Assembly: GCA_965637545.1 (NCBI GenBank)
Contig: OZ281496.1
Location: forward strand, 22,196,001-22,260,000
Source of the DNA: Phallusia mammillata
Lineage: Eukaryota
Reading direction: 5' to 3'
DNA: 64,000 nt
Shown here one piece after another: positions 27,101 through 37,795 of the stretch; within the stretch, counting starts at the first letter, position 1, and every line of letters starts with the position of its first letter. Made by a program: the position numbers and the translations under genes. The notes under the pieces were generated by a model, which had not been told where the DNA came from, ran no database searches, and saw only the letters and a program-made list of their open reading frames with translations.

Positions 27101-29094
27101 AGCACTATTTGACGAATGCTAGTTAAGAAAATAATTGACCAGAAAAATTACCGTTGTTTGAATGCTCTAATAACATAAGGTGCCAAAATGAACCATGTTG
27201 GCGTGTTTTTGTATGAAAACAGATTTAAACGGTTTAAATTAAACTTTACACTTCACAAACAGACAGACAGACAGTGTACAACACCAAACCTATACAACGC
27301 AACCTAAACAATAATGCCCCACCTGAAAAAATTAACAAAAAACAGTAATCGTGATTCGGTTGGCGTTTTATGCCATTAACAATTCCACCTCGTAACAATT
27401 CTATCGTACTTAAAGCAAAAGTGAATGAAATAATTCGTGGTCTGGCAGATTCTAAAATAGACATTTACTAGAATATCACAAAATAATCCCCTAATCCTAA
27501 AATGATTCACGGGTCAATGCCCGAATTTGAATGTATTTAGTAAGATACATTTTATACACGGGAAAATTGTGTCAAAATGGACAGGACTAAGAATCAATTT
27601 GCAGAAATTCACGTAATCTATACTTAATAAAATTGAATTTCGTTTCTCCAATTTTGGATCTTTATTAGAGACGCAGTTTGTGAATAATGAATTTGTTCTA
27701 TTCAATGCGTTTATTATATTGTCCACAGGGATTCGAAAAAGGTCGCAAACAATACGGTCCCGTGCTAAAAGAATCGCTCTTTGTATAGTGCGTTAAAGTC
27801 CACCGGGGTTCTAAAAATAGTATTCAGCATGCCGCAACGATCAAGCGATTATTATCCAGAGAGCAAACCCACAATTTAAAATGTTGGCATGTTTTTATGA
27901 TAGCTACAACGCACAACTCTCTGTACCGAACGCTTTCTGTAGAACAGGACAAGGTCAAAACCGACACAACCGACGTTAAACCAACAACAAATTTGGACAA
28001 AAACAGTCGAGTTTACAGTGAAAAAACATGTAGTGCATTATGACGTGAAGTGAAGTGTCAATACGATTGCAACAGAGTTTGGCTGATGAAGGAATGATTA
28101 GTTTTCTTACTAAGTAATCAATGTCGCTCCTCTGAAGCAGAAACATTCGAAGGTCATTAGCACAAAAAACATTAAGTATACTATCGTTAAAAAAAACTTG
28201 CCATGCAGCCTAAAATTTGACCCACACCAAAAGCGCCCACACTTTGAAAAGCAAATTTAAATCACAACATATACAAATTACAAGTTATTATCTGTTTTAA
28301 GCATTGTAGGAGATCATTTTTTACAGTTAATGTCAGCATCTATTACAGGTGCAAAAAAATTTGAAACATTATTTACAACGAACAAAATAGGAGATGTATT
28401 TAGGGAAACGAGAGGGCTAATCTGTCCTGAGAAGGATGTTGTCGTCATAAACTTACCTCTTCTTTGTTGTAAGCTGCAAGCGCACCGCCTTCGTTAAACT
28501 CCAGTAAAACATCTTTTAGTTTCTTCGATGAATCTATTGACAAGGGACAAAATTATAGTTGATGCGCTTTTAACTAATTTTCTGGTGTAGTGAACATTCG
28601 TTCGTTCATCTAGTATTGATTTGACGATCTCGTATGAACCTTAGTGCAAAGCTGAAAGAAAGCCTAGAAAATCGTTAGAGGTGGCGTAAAAAATTTTACG
28701 TTTTAATGTGTCTTTACGCAACAAAATGTTCACACTTATAGTGACAGTTTTATGACCTACACCTATCTTCAAAAAGATACAGAAATTCGTTTAGCCTCTT
28801 ATTTTAAAATCCAGGCACAAACTATACTTCGATCGAAAATACAAACTCAAACAACAACTAAAAATGACTTGGACTTCGCTTTTATGTGTAAAGTAACGAA
28901 AGTAAACAAATTCAGTAAGGTGGCAATTATGTTCTACATAAACTTGAAAGTCCACTAAGTTTCAAGAGAATAATGTGTGACCTTTTTTGCAACAAGAACC
29001 TTTGACTTCTATACTCACATTCAGCATACTTCTGCAGACGTTCAAACTCCTCAGGACTGAGAATGACAAATTCTCCGTCAGAAGTGCTCGTCAT
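105..29094 (-). CDS. DGKB: Type I diacylglycerol kinase (DGK alpha/beta/gamma-like): N-terminal domain, EF-hands, two C1 domains, catalytic and accessory domains; 3' end outside window
   Basis: 20 phase-consistent GT-AG exons: 29094-29019, 28533-28457, 27056-26927, 25026-24877, 22486-22334, 21727-21678, 20256-20182, 18120-18001, 14593-14476, 11634-11546, 9562-9446, 9206-9108, 8698-8626, 8189-8063, 6485-6325, 5878-5789, 3547-3384, 2677-2522, 956-797, 222-105 (2303 nt). Motifs: [111 protein letters not shown]. In-frame TGA two codons before the ATG. Orthology to beta specifically is by resemblance only. Confidence 0.95.
1117..1340. mobile_element. hAT-type MITE (CAGGGGTCGGCAAC TIR)
   Basis: TIRs caggggtcggcaac / gttgccgaccactg; degenerate 8-bp TSD tactaatt/tattagtt; same family as 17270-17486. 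Confidence 0.85.
2963..3145. mobile_element. hAT-type MITE (CAGTGGTTCTTAACC TIR)
   Basis: TIRs cagtggttcttaacc / ggttaagaacccctg; perfect 8-bp TSD atctaaag. Confidence 0.9.
5299..5466. repeat. Long inverted repeat
   Basis: Perfect 65-bp arms 5309-5373 / 5392-5456, extending about 10 bp further with one mismatch; 18-bp spacer. Confidence 0.9.
5470..5630 (-). mobile_element. tRNA-derived SINE-like element
   Basis: A-box-like tggtgttgcccagttggcagggcg and B-box ggagttcgaatccc without a complete cloverleaf; body motif ccggct(a)gattcggta..acgc recurs near 2856-2884, 17645-17697 and 21800-21930. Confidence 0.6.
6726..6933. mobile_element. Inverted-repeat element carrying two minimal hammerhead ribozymes (Penelope-like pLTR remnant)
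   Basis: Perfect 88-bp arms 6726-6813 / 6846-6933 with a 32-bp spacer; each arm contains CTGATGA-T-GACAA(cagaga)TTGTC-GAAA-CGTC. Confidence 0.85.
6844..6887 (+). ncRNA. Minimal type I hammerhead ribozyme (family A); mirror copy on minus strand at 6772-6813
   Basis: Stem I cgtgta/tacacg, core CTGATGA plus one extra T, stem II gacaa/ttgtc, GAAA, palindromic ACGT stem III, GUC cleavage triplet (after 6881). Confidence 0.8.
7641..7696. repeat. 23-bp tandem repeat (about 2.4 copies)
   Basis: atgtcggaccaggccagaattgt repeated. Confidence 0.8.
8772..9078. mobile_element. MITE of the CAGTGGTGGGATTC / GAACCGG family, composite copy
   Basis: Right end gaaccggctgaattccaccacta shared with 13928-14091 and 14654-14999; no TSD seen. 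Confidence 0.6.
9858..10144. mobile_element. hAT-type MITE (CAGGGGTGTCCAAA TIR)
   Basis: TIRs caggggtgtccaaa / tttggacatccctg; perfect 8-bp TSD ctctacat; internal ggcccgcggg repeats. Confidence 0.9.
11847..12328. mobile_element. hAT-type MITE (TAGAGATGTACCGAAT TIR)
   Basis: TIRs tagagatgtaccgaat / attcggtacatcacta; perfect 8-bp TSD gtttatac; many subterminal ttcggccgaa palindromes. Confidence 0.9.
13928..14091. mobile_element. MITE of the GAACCGG family, internally deleted
   Basis: Ends gagtggtgggatt / aatctcgccactg; flanks gttacacc / gttacttt (degenerate TSD). Confidence 0.7.
14654..14999. mobile_element. MITE of the GAACCGG family
   Basis: Ends cagtggtgag / cccgccactg; perfect 8-bp TSD ctactaat; three tandem gaaccggtgc units. 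Confidence 0.85.
16406..16587. mobile_element. Tc1/mariner(pogo)-type MITE
   Basis: TIRs (g)agtaaacgtcggttaa / ttaaccgacgtttactg; TA on both flanks; relative of 18293-18463 and a fragment near 8425. Confidence 0.85.
17028..17530. repeat. Degenerate ~105-bp tandem repeat (3 copies), third copy interrupted by a MITE
   Basis: ttgattgc..acaa..gcac.acattgcgttg...atttacatc..taaaacc units near 17030, 17130 and 17240/17495. Confidence 0.6.
17270..17486. mobile_element. hAT-type MITE (same family as 1117-1340)
   Basis: TIRs caggggtcggcaac / gttgccgaccactg; perfect 8-bp TSD ctgtagtc. Confidence 0.9.
18293..18463. mobile_element. Tc1/mariner(pogo)-type MITE
   Basis: TIRs cagtaaacctcggttaa / ttaaccgaggcttactg; TA TSD. 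Confidence 0.9.
19791..20040. mobile_element. Inverted-repeat element carrying two minimal hammerhead ribozymes (family B)
   Basis: 91-bp arms 19791-19881 / 19950-20040 with 3 mismatches and a T-rich spacer; each arm has ggaa-CTGAAGA-T-GCC(atta)GGC-GAAA-TATATA-tt(c/t)c. Confidence 0.8.
19842..19877 (-). ncRNA. Minimal type I hammerhead ribozyme (family B); mirror copy on plus strand at 19954-19989
   Basis: Stem I ggaa/ttcc, CUGAAGA core plus extra U, 3-bp stem II, GAAA, palindromic AUAUAU stem III, AUA triplet. Confidence 0.7.
20688..20723 (+). ncRNA. Minimal hammerhead ribozyme core (family D), stem I degenerate
   Basis: CTGATGA-A-GGCGTC(tcgtatgg)GACGTC-GAAA-CGTC; no clear stem I partner directly after the GUC. 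Confidence 0.65.
21379..21483. repeat. 38-39-bp tandem repeat (2.7 copies)
   Basis: ccctgtcatttaaagttggcccaaaagtaaaaaaatag at 21379, 21417 and 21456. Confidence 0.9.
22842..23200. repeat. ~180-bp imperfect tandem duplication
   Basis: Two copies of aatgaaat..atcatcattcaacata...caacgactaaaaacgaatttatcaa...acgtaaagtagttaaaaacgt.tgcaagttaaaacgtat. Confidence 0.85.
24550..24800. mobile_element. hAT-type MITE (CAGTGGTTCTTAACC TIR)
   Basis: Perfect TIRs; TSD atcaaaca/atcaaacg. Confidence 0.85.
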
Positions 29095-29472
29095 ATTTCA
29101 AGCCAACGGGGTTCTGTTTTTGAAATTCCGATTACACAGTTCTGCGAATTTCTCGGCTGCGTGAGCCCAAGCAGAAGCAATCAGTCGAAGCTTCAGCAAA
29201 CGAGTTGCGATCGATACCGACTAAACCTGGATGCAGTGGTACAAGGTCCGATTTAAAATCAATGAGCAGGCACCGATGCTGTTTAATTTGAATGCTGGAA
29301 TGAGCAATCCTGTACCTGGCCAATGCCTTGTAAATTTGGTGTCCTAAAAACCTAACCTGTAAGCACCACACATAATAAAAAAGTGCTTAGTATCAAAATG
29401 TATGGAGTCATAAGGACGCCCAAGGCGTGACATACGGTTTTGTGCCTCAATCCATGCATGTTACAGTAACTA

Positions 29473-29690
29473 TAATGTCCTCGGGGTTATTTTCTACGCT
29501 TTTGTCTGCTTGTACGCACTGCCTTCCTCACGCAGAAGTTTCGACTACATTGTGAATTAATATATAACATACAGTTGTGTGTCTTAATCGATGCATATTA
29601 TGGTAAGTATAATGTCCTCAGGGTTATTTTCTACACTTTTGTCTGCTTGCACACACTGCCTGCTTGAAGCAGAAATTTCGGCTGCCTCAT
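29473..29690. repeat. Direct repeat, ~75 bp, period ~138
   Basis: taatgtcctc.gggttattttt.ctac.cttttgtctgcttg.ac.cactgcct twice. Confidence 0.75.
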
Positions 29691-32600
29691 GAATTATTTA
29701 TTATTGATAATGAAAAAGACGCGACTCGGCTTTAACGGCTAAGTTTTAAGCGGCCACGCTAGTAGCAAGCACCTTTCTGGCTTAACAAGAATGCAACGGG
29801 ATTAGACTATGTAGATTATAAACAAAACGTACACGAAAAAGAAATATTTCGTGCAACCGGTAGCTGAAAAGAATGGTAAAACTGTACAAGCTTTACTGCT
29901 TCCCATATTCTGTGAAAAATAACTTGCTTCTTGAGAATAAAAACGATCACAAAACTGTGGAACGTTGATCCCACTCAGCAACAAGCAGCATATTTAAACC
30001 GAGATTGTTATTTAAACTAATTGCTTTTTACTGCAAAGCTAAATATACATACTTCGTGGAACTAGTAAAACTAAACGCTTATGCAAGCAAACTGCATAGC
30101 CTACACATGGAAATCCGCCTACATTTCTATGACCAGTTTTAATGCAACAAAATTTGTTTTTCATCCTGTTCTACACCGTATTATTCAAACTGGAAATGTA
30201 ATGTCAACCATACACTGCATTATGTTTCGTATGTATATGTACTTTAAAACACAAGGTAGCCTAAAAGAATACACAATACATAAAATTTATTTGCGTAAGT
30301 GTAAACAGACGCATTGTTTATCCAATAATTGACCACAAAGCTATCTATAATACCTCTTATCTTTTCTAGTCGGCGTTATCTAAGCGTTTACGGAAAGCGC
30401 TTTATATTACGATGACCCAACATGGTTAGAGAGAAGATACAAAGTTTACAAGAGGTCCGAAAACAATAAACAACTGCGTGAGCTGACTGCACAACATGTA
30501 CTGAATCATCGTACCGATGCCAAGCTACGAGCGGAAGCCGCTACAGACTAGATGCTGGCAGCTCGTAAAAACGTGGCAAGTTGTTTACCCTCAAACACGA
30601 ATACTGCCCTGGTAGATTTCTAGGTTAACCTTAATAATAACCACTTAAAGCAACGATTACCCTCACTGTTTTCCATCAAGCGGTCACCACAGCAACAAAT
30701 CAAACGCTTTTAAGAAATGTTACACTACGGTGTCCTGAGTTCTTACAAACTAAATGGAAACAGATAGTAACTTGTTAAACGTTCATAGCTGAATTAGCAA
30801 CGTTTTAAGCAGTAAAAACGAAAAAGCGGTATAGTAGAGAAGGTAATTGAAACTTCCCTTGCCAAACAGAACGTTATCGCACCTGCAGTTCCCAGTACTA
30901 CACAATCAGCCTCATAGTTTTAATTGCCATCGACAGATGCCGCGTGGGCACGTGCTAACATCGACCAATCAAACTGCGACAATGAAGGGAAGTTGCGTGT
31001 GTCGTCAAAATTCACAACAACTCCAAAGTGCGTTACTGCAGCCTCATCTAGTTATTGATGTTGTTTACGCACAGCAGTACAGTCAATCTCGAGGTAACGC
31101 CATCACTGACCCGTTTGTACAAGCCCGCATGCTTGATGCTATCTATAACACTCCAAGCAAAATCATACACTTTTCTGTTCTTATTACCTACTTTACATTA
31201 GCAAATCGTGTTTGATCTAGGATCTACCATGCCTCACTTCTGTGTTCAACATAGGTCACAGAATTACCACTGAGATTTCTGCACGTTGCTGTAAACTGTG
31301 TCCCGACAACCTTTACAAGCACCGCTGTGTGCAATCACGACTGCCGTAAAACGCAGGCCTTCTGCGCGCTTTGCGTCTCAACCAACGCTTTTCAGCGCTC
31401 ACGCTCACGCAGGGAAGTAAACGCGACCTCCAAAGAGTAAAAAAGAAACTAGTAAAAGAGGCTCATTGCGCGGTGGCTTCATCTTCTCAGTCGAGTGGAA
31501 ATTCTCAACTGCTTGGCGTGCTGACGTAACAGGCATGCGGGGCGTAAAGTCTGTCGCGGCATTTGGTTGGGAAAACAGCACCTGGGACCTGCCAACTTGG
31601 ATCTATTTTTAGTTTTGTTTTCAGGTATGTGGTAGACCTAAATTCTTACAAAAATCTGCTATTTCACATGATTCTATTTTCCGGCGATGTTGTTGTTTGA
31701 ACGTTACCAGTTTGCAATACACAAAGTTAGTGGCGATAGTAACATTGAACTAATAAACGTTTGTGACAAGCAAGTGGACTTTAACGTGTTGTTGTTGATG
31801 AAATATGAAATCGCGATAGGAGAGGCCCATGTTAAAACTCATTTTCACGTCTTTGCAAAGTCAAAAACAGCAGAAGTCTATCACCCTGATTAAACGTCTT
31901 TCAAATATTTGTTTGTCGCGCTTAATGAGATTGCTGGTTCATATTTCAGTGTTTGCCTAATGAACAGCGTCAGGCCGCAAGCTTTATTGAACGTTGGTCG
32001 TCGCCTATGGCAATCAATCTCAGCGACGCTGCTTTTTAAATAGCTTCTGACTTCATTAACGTTCCTTTGCGCTGGGATTGCGTCGTCTTGTCAGTCATTC
32101 CTTTCATGTATCGCGTTAATTGAATTTTCTTCCTGATTACCAACTCACAACCGAAAGTTAATACAATTTGGCTGCGGTCTGTACGTTTCGATAGCGTCAA
32201 GCGTCTCTTGGACAAAGTCAATCATGGTTAGGACGTCGCTTCACCAAAGCTGACGTCATAAAGAGTGTCTCCATTAAAATACCCATATTGAAGAATAGGC
32301 CTCGAAACTGCTTAGGCTACGAAACTTGCCAAGTTTTTCAATATTGATCTAGCAATTAACCTTTGCCTATGTTTAAATATTGTTGACACTTATAGCTGTA
32401 AGAGTTGAAATCCTTTAAGCTACTCCGAATTGTACCAGCACCTTTGAACATCATAAACTTACTTTGTCAAAGTTCTCTAACGTCCAACCAATTAACACTT
32501 TTGTCTCAGTAATTTTTCATAGCAAATGGATGGTTCCCTTTTAAGCTAAATGGTGACAAAAGACGCAACTTAGTTTAGTCAACCTTATTGAATCGTTTTC

Positions 32601-33955
32601 TAAATGAAAACTTGGAAACAGTTTTTAATTAAAACAATCCGCCAATACGAATGTGGATGTTCAACTTGATGCACGTGTTAAAATTAATTTAGTTTTTAAA
32701 GTCAATTTCAAAGTGTTGAAAGTCATCAGTAATCGCGACGTAATAAACGGTCTAGCGATAAGTTAACGAGATGTAATAAATACTGTGAGAATTCCTAACC
32801 ACAAAACCCCAGAGATCTAACTTATAATGCCAACATAAGAGAACATCTGTTCGATGCCGGTACGTTGCTCATAACTACGAAGCCTGCGCATCTTGAATTA
32901 ACTTGCTGTCAAAGATTATTGGATATATAAAGCTTTACGATATTGCACAGTTTATAACTGATCACTGTTCTATAGGTCAACAGTTGAAACTTGACACTAA
33001 ACCTTTAAATTCTATTGACACTATACACGATACGCGTACGCTGTGAGGAAGCGACGTTGCTTTGGCTCTTTTCAGTCGTTATGCGCCATTGGAAATCAAT
33101 TTTATAGCGGTTTACAGGCAGATACGCAGAACGGATTTCGGGTAATGAGCAGGTGGCCATATAAAGGAGCGAGATATCGCGACCATTTGTTACGCCAATT
33201 CGATAGCGTGACGATGTAAACGGAAATACTGTCCTGATTATTTTGAACGTAAACTTAATTCAAAATTACCGATTAAAAACGGTTAGCTTTAAAGCATGCG
33301 ATGCTGTTGATTACATTACGCCCAGTTCTTAACAAAACTTTTTGGTTACTTCAAAACACGGCATTTTTTTATTGAAACTCACTGACCGCAATCGTGTAAT
33401 CATATCAACGCTGAAAGTCTTGACTTGAGCTAATATTTAAATCACTGTTTTTGAATTTATAATCAAGGAGAAAAAGCTTATGCAGCTCCATAAAATGGAC
33501 AGTTTTACTTCGCAAGAGCGCCATGTAGCGGAAAAAACTTGGAAAGAAGCAAATTTCGATGGTGCTTGATAAAATTAAAGATACGTTTGTAAGTTGATGG
33601 GAATACCGTATAGGATGTAACCTGTGTCAGTGAAAATAACTATATTACAGAAGAGAAAGAAGAAATAAATATTTTCGCAGCAACGGGAAACCTTTTTTAA
33701 AAGCAAAATACAGCAACACATTGATTTTCCTTTCACGTGTATCTGCTGGCAAGTATACCCTTGACAAGATCTATACATCCATTAAACGGGTTTGTGTAAA
33801 AGTTACATAAAATCCTTTAAATTTTGCACGACTATAACCATTACCGCGGACTAAAGCATCTTCCCACATTGCAAATAGGTCTGAGTGTAGGTAAGTTCAC
33901 CACTAAAAGCAAAATAGTAGCGGCATTTTTGACTGATGCGCTGCAATAAAGCTAG

Positions 33956-36903
33956 TTATATGGGAACGTTATGAGTTGAAATTGGTTGTTGGTCGTTGCT
34001 GGCTGCTCCGTAGTTGGCACGATTTGTGTCGTCGTTGGTATAACGGAATACGTCCATCTCCCCTTCGCTGTCAATAGCAAACGCATCTTCGAGGTACACA
34101 CTGTGTCATAAGTAATTAAGCACAAGGTTATTTGGAGCAAAATAGTATGAACTGCTATTTATTAGCTTGTTAACTTGTCTTAACCCACACAGACAGTAAA
34201 AAGCTATTCTTTGGAAATCATCTCGTATTTTTAATTTGATACTAGGTAAAGTATAAGAAACGCAAGTAACAGAGATAGGGTGGCCATATTTGTTCAAGGG
34301 GATTGCCGTCCTTGTTGCTTATCCCAGACATATTTAGCACACGACGTATCACTTACTCCATGGGTCGTCCAGGTGTAGGAGCAGTGGTTTGTGATGTTAG
34401 CAGACCCTGTTCTATTCCTTCATAATCTTCCTGTTTTCTTAGCTTCAGATATGTGTAGAGAATTGGAATGAAGTACACCTAAACATCAATGTGGTAATTT
34501 AATTCGTAGGTAATTAAAAAGAGTCACTGTTTGCCTGCTGACTTACGTTTAGCGCTGCGTAAATTCCAAAGACCAACCACACAGACCAAGAGATAGACTG
34601 AAATTGATTTTTTGTTAATTCCTGATTTGCATAACCGAGAAATCCAAGTTGCAAAACCGTTTGCAGAAATATCACCACAATGTAAATAAAGCCGCAAGCA
34701 CGAACGTATCTTAGCGATCTCTGAAATTTAAAAAGAATCAGTTCAGCATACTTGCGAAATATGAAAACTATTGTCTACAACTACTTTTAGCATCCATCAC
34801 AATCAATTAAGTATACAATAGGACACAGGCTTGATCTACTTACTGATTCAACTGCTGTCAACCAGATAATACTGAATACGAGCAAGATGCCAGGTATCGC
34901 AAGGCTCTTGTATAGCATTGGAACAATATACTCTTCCACTGTAAAACAAACAAAGTTTTATTCGTCTTGTTTTCCTGAGTGCAGTGTTACTCAGCTTTGC
35001 CGCCGCCTTCTGTGGGATCGTTGGCAAATTTTAAAATAAAATTTAAACAGGCGAAATACAGCAACAAGTTAGTTATAAGTTTCCTTTATGCAACAAACAT
35101 AACAAACGTGTCAAAATTGTTCGCAAAGTTGTAGCATTAAACTCAATGTTGAAACCAGCACAATCACATCATCTTTTCATCGTGTTGATATAAGCCAAAA
35201 AATACTTCAAGTTTTGCCACTATATGTAAGTGGGTTTTTTATGTGAAGAAAAACATTGTAAAAGCATAGAGCCAATAAATGGTAAGCTGCAGACAGTGCA
35301 CAATGTTTCGGCCTAAAAGGTCTCATCAGTGCAGATGGTGACAAGAAAAACACTGGCCTTGATATCGTTGACTTGAAGTTCAATTGAGAAAGTTGCTGCT
35401 TACTTACCATAAATCATGATGCATTTGTTACAATCTCTGAGTGCTCCCACACAAACCGTCCGGTTTGCAGATTTAACTGAAAATTAACAGGTTTTAATGC
35501 AACAAAAAACGACAATTCATGTTTAAAGCAAAGTTCAACTTACAGTTTAAATTTTCTTCGCAAATGCATTGTTCCAGTATGACCGTTTTGCCACCAACGA
35601 CACAATTTGACGTTAGTTGCACTGTAAAAACATATGAAATATCTGAATGCAGTTGTGTATATTTTCTCTATTTTAAAGGTTTGTTTGTTTACCTGTACCG
35701 GACAATATAAGTGACCCCGAACCTTCATCCACTGGTTCATTGTTTGCGTCAAATTTGCCCACTCTAAAAATGTAAGATTTTTAGGGCTGTTGATATGCAA
35801 AAAAAACAATATTAGAGATACACGTACTGTAATTGTTCTTCATACTGTATTTGACTTAGCAGATCATCTTGAATCCGATGAAGTGAAAATACCATCAGTC
35901 CAACGTACAGAGAGTTGATGATCTGCAAACCAAGGTAAGCAACATTAGATGTTGTACATTCTTACTCTAGTTGCGTGTGTAGCCGCTGCTGCCTCGATGG
36001 CGACTTGTTAAAGGCGGCTACAGTGTAAACTATGATGTTCATTGCAAATTGTTTGGTGAGTCTGATCTTTGCATCTCAATTACAGCTGACTGATTACAGC
36101 CCCACAGAGTGTTTCTTATTTCTTTGTATTCTTGAGTAAACGTTTAAAGGCGAACGATTAAATCAGCTTCCACATCCCCAAAGGGAGAAAAATAGAAGAA
36201 AATAGACTACCAGATGACTAAAAATAGTCTAAGAATAGACCCAGAATTCCCCGGCGACAAAGTCGAAAATAAGCTATATATATAGTAGAGCAAAATATTG
36301 TCTATTGCGTGAAACCTTTTTTCCTTTAAGTTATAGAATTCATTTTATGGCAAAGGTGCAATTTATAAAGTCATAGCGCCCTCGAACCGAGCTGCTATGC
36401 TTCTTCTCAAGTACGAGCGGCTGTGTTCTACTTTAAACTTGAAACGGAAACGACAGTATAAACAAGAGGAAGTATGCGTAATGATGAACAAACACCTGTT
36501 TGTGCAGAACATTCTAGAATAACAAAATGACTCAAAATATCTTATGACTTGCATGAGAACGGAAATACCAACACTTGCATCCAGTTAAAAAGAGGTTAAA
36601 CACTTCCCCTACATGCTGTGCAACATTATTGCAAACAACATGCTAACTTTAAACATAAACTTTGTGCACATTAATATCATGACCGCTACACGTGATACGC
36701 TCTTAGGCTATTATTAAAACATAAGATAAACGTACTTTATGTACTATAAAATAATCATGCTGTGATAGCCTATATACAGTCTCGAGTTCAAAACTTACAA
36801 AGTTAAACCATCCAATAACAGAAGCTCCGGTCCTCACGCTGCAACAGCAACAAAACGTGGTTCTTCCGAAACAGCAACATAGCCTTGACTTTGTAACAAC
36901 CAT
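33956..36903 (-). CDS. Multi-pass membrane protein, LAPTM4/DUF4728-like; middle exon(s) unresolved
   Basis: Exon 36903-36799 (MVVTKSRLCCCFGRTTFCCCCSVRTGASVIGWFNF, gtaagt donor; CCxVRTG...G is LAPTM-like). Phase-consistent chain 35922-35828, 35763-35693, 35476-35408, 34938-34844, 34478-34357, 34100-33956 with hydrophobic segments (IINSLYVGLMVFSL; LAIPGILLVFSIIWLTAVESVYFIPILYTYL) and an acidic tail. No convincing exon found between 36798 and 35923. Confidence 0.65.
35287..35334 (-). ncRNA. Type I hammerhead ribozyme (family C), sense to the host intron
   Basis: ctgca-CTGATGA-gacct(ttt)aggcc-GAAA-ca(ttgtgcac)tgtC-tgcag: stem I 5 bp, stem II 4 bp plus one mismatch, stem III 3 bp, palindromic GTGCAC loop, GUC triplet. 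Confidence 0.8.
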
Positions 36904-37568
36904 GATCGTCCAAAAGTAAAATAAACAAAAACCGAGCCTTCTAGCTATCGCAGTTTTTTACTTAAATATGTCATTAAAACAAAACTTAAGGCATTAAAAC
37001 AGTTAAGATGCACTTTTTTGATGACCAATAGATTACTTCAAACTACCATTAAACCATAGGCCATCTGTAGCTATCTCTGAAGATAATGCTAACCAACTGC
37101 CTTTAGTTTAGTCTAGATCTCTTGTAACTTACATGAAAAGTTAAATCGTCAATTTACACCGTTGGTCTGAACGCAAAGCGAAGTTCCACATAAACATGCC
37201 TTCGGGCTATTAATCATTTCTTCAAACTTTTAATGCGAAATCGCCTTTTGTGCCGCCGCCGACGTGGCTCAAACCAGCACTTACCAGCAGTTTATGTTAA
37301 ATGAGATTCACAGAAAATTAAACTAACAAAAATACCCCTGAGGCACTGTTTTCCGGTGTATTTTCCAACGAACAGTTAAAAGTATAAGAGGCAACCAGTG
37401 GAAAATTGGTTCTAGATTAATGATTTCTATTGTTAATATTACACAAAATGTCTATTGTTATCATTACGAAGTAATTTTGAGTCCTTTGTTATGACAATGT
37501 AAAATATGCTTGGAATTGCGTTGATTTCCTTCGAAGCCTTGTCGACAAAAATATGAGATTTTTATGAA

Positions 37569-37641
37569 AGCCACCAGTGAGATTCGAACTCACGACCCCT
37601 GGTTTACAAGACCAGTGCTCTAACCACTGAGCTATGGCGGC
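37569..37641 (-). tRNA. trnT-UGU: tRNA-Thr(UGU)
   Basis: 73 nt; acceptor stem GCCGCCA/TGGTGGC, D arm AGCTCAGTGGTTAGAGC, anticodon arm CTGGT-CTTGTAA-ACCAG, TTCGAAT loop; T5 tract about 20 nt downstream. Confidence 0.97.
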
Positions 37642-37795
37642 GACGCCACAACGGTGCCACCTTTATGTATTTATTCTTCACCATGTCAATGGATTTTCAG
37701 TTAGATTCTGTTTTTACTTTCTACAAATGTCTTTTGTATGTTGCAACCAAGGTTTTAGTTGAGAAAGGTTTTAGATCATTTCTTATGTCAATCTG

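Noticed and set aside
30747-30980. Possible non-coding first exon and promoter of DGK (gtaaga donor, CCAAT, E-box)
   Set aside because: Plausible, but short motifs alone are insufficient without transcript data.
30847-31215. 122-aa plus ORF
   Set aside because: No recognisable domain or splice context; likely chance.
32715-32735. CTGATGA on minus strand (also 12666, 28083, 39504, 40767 on plus)
   Set aside because: No stem II and GAAA follow; not hammerheads.
35935-36090. Plus-strand gtaagc/tag/gtgagt/cag splice-like pattern
   Set aside because: All three frames of the putative exon contain stops; 36-nt intron implausible.
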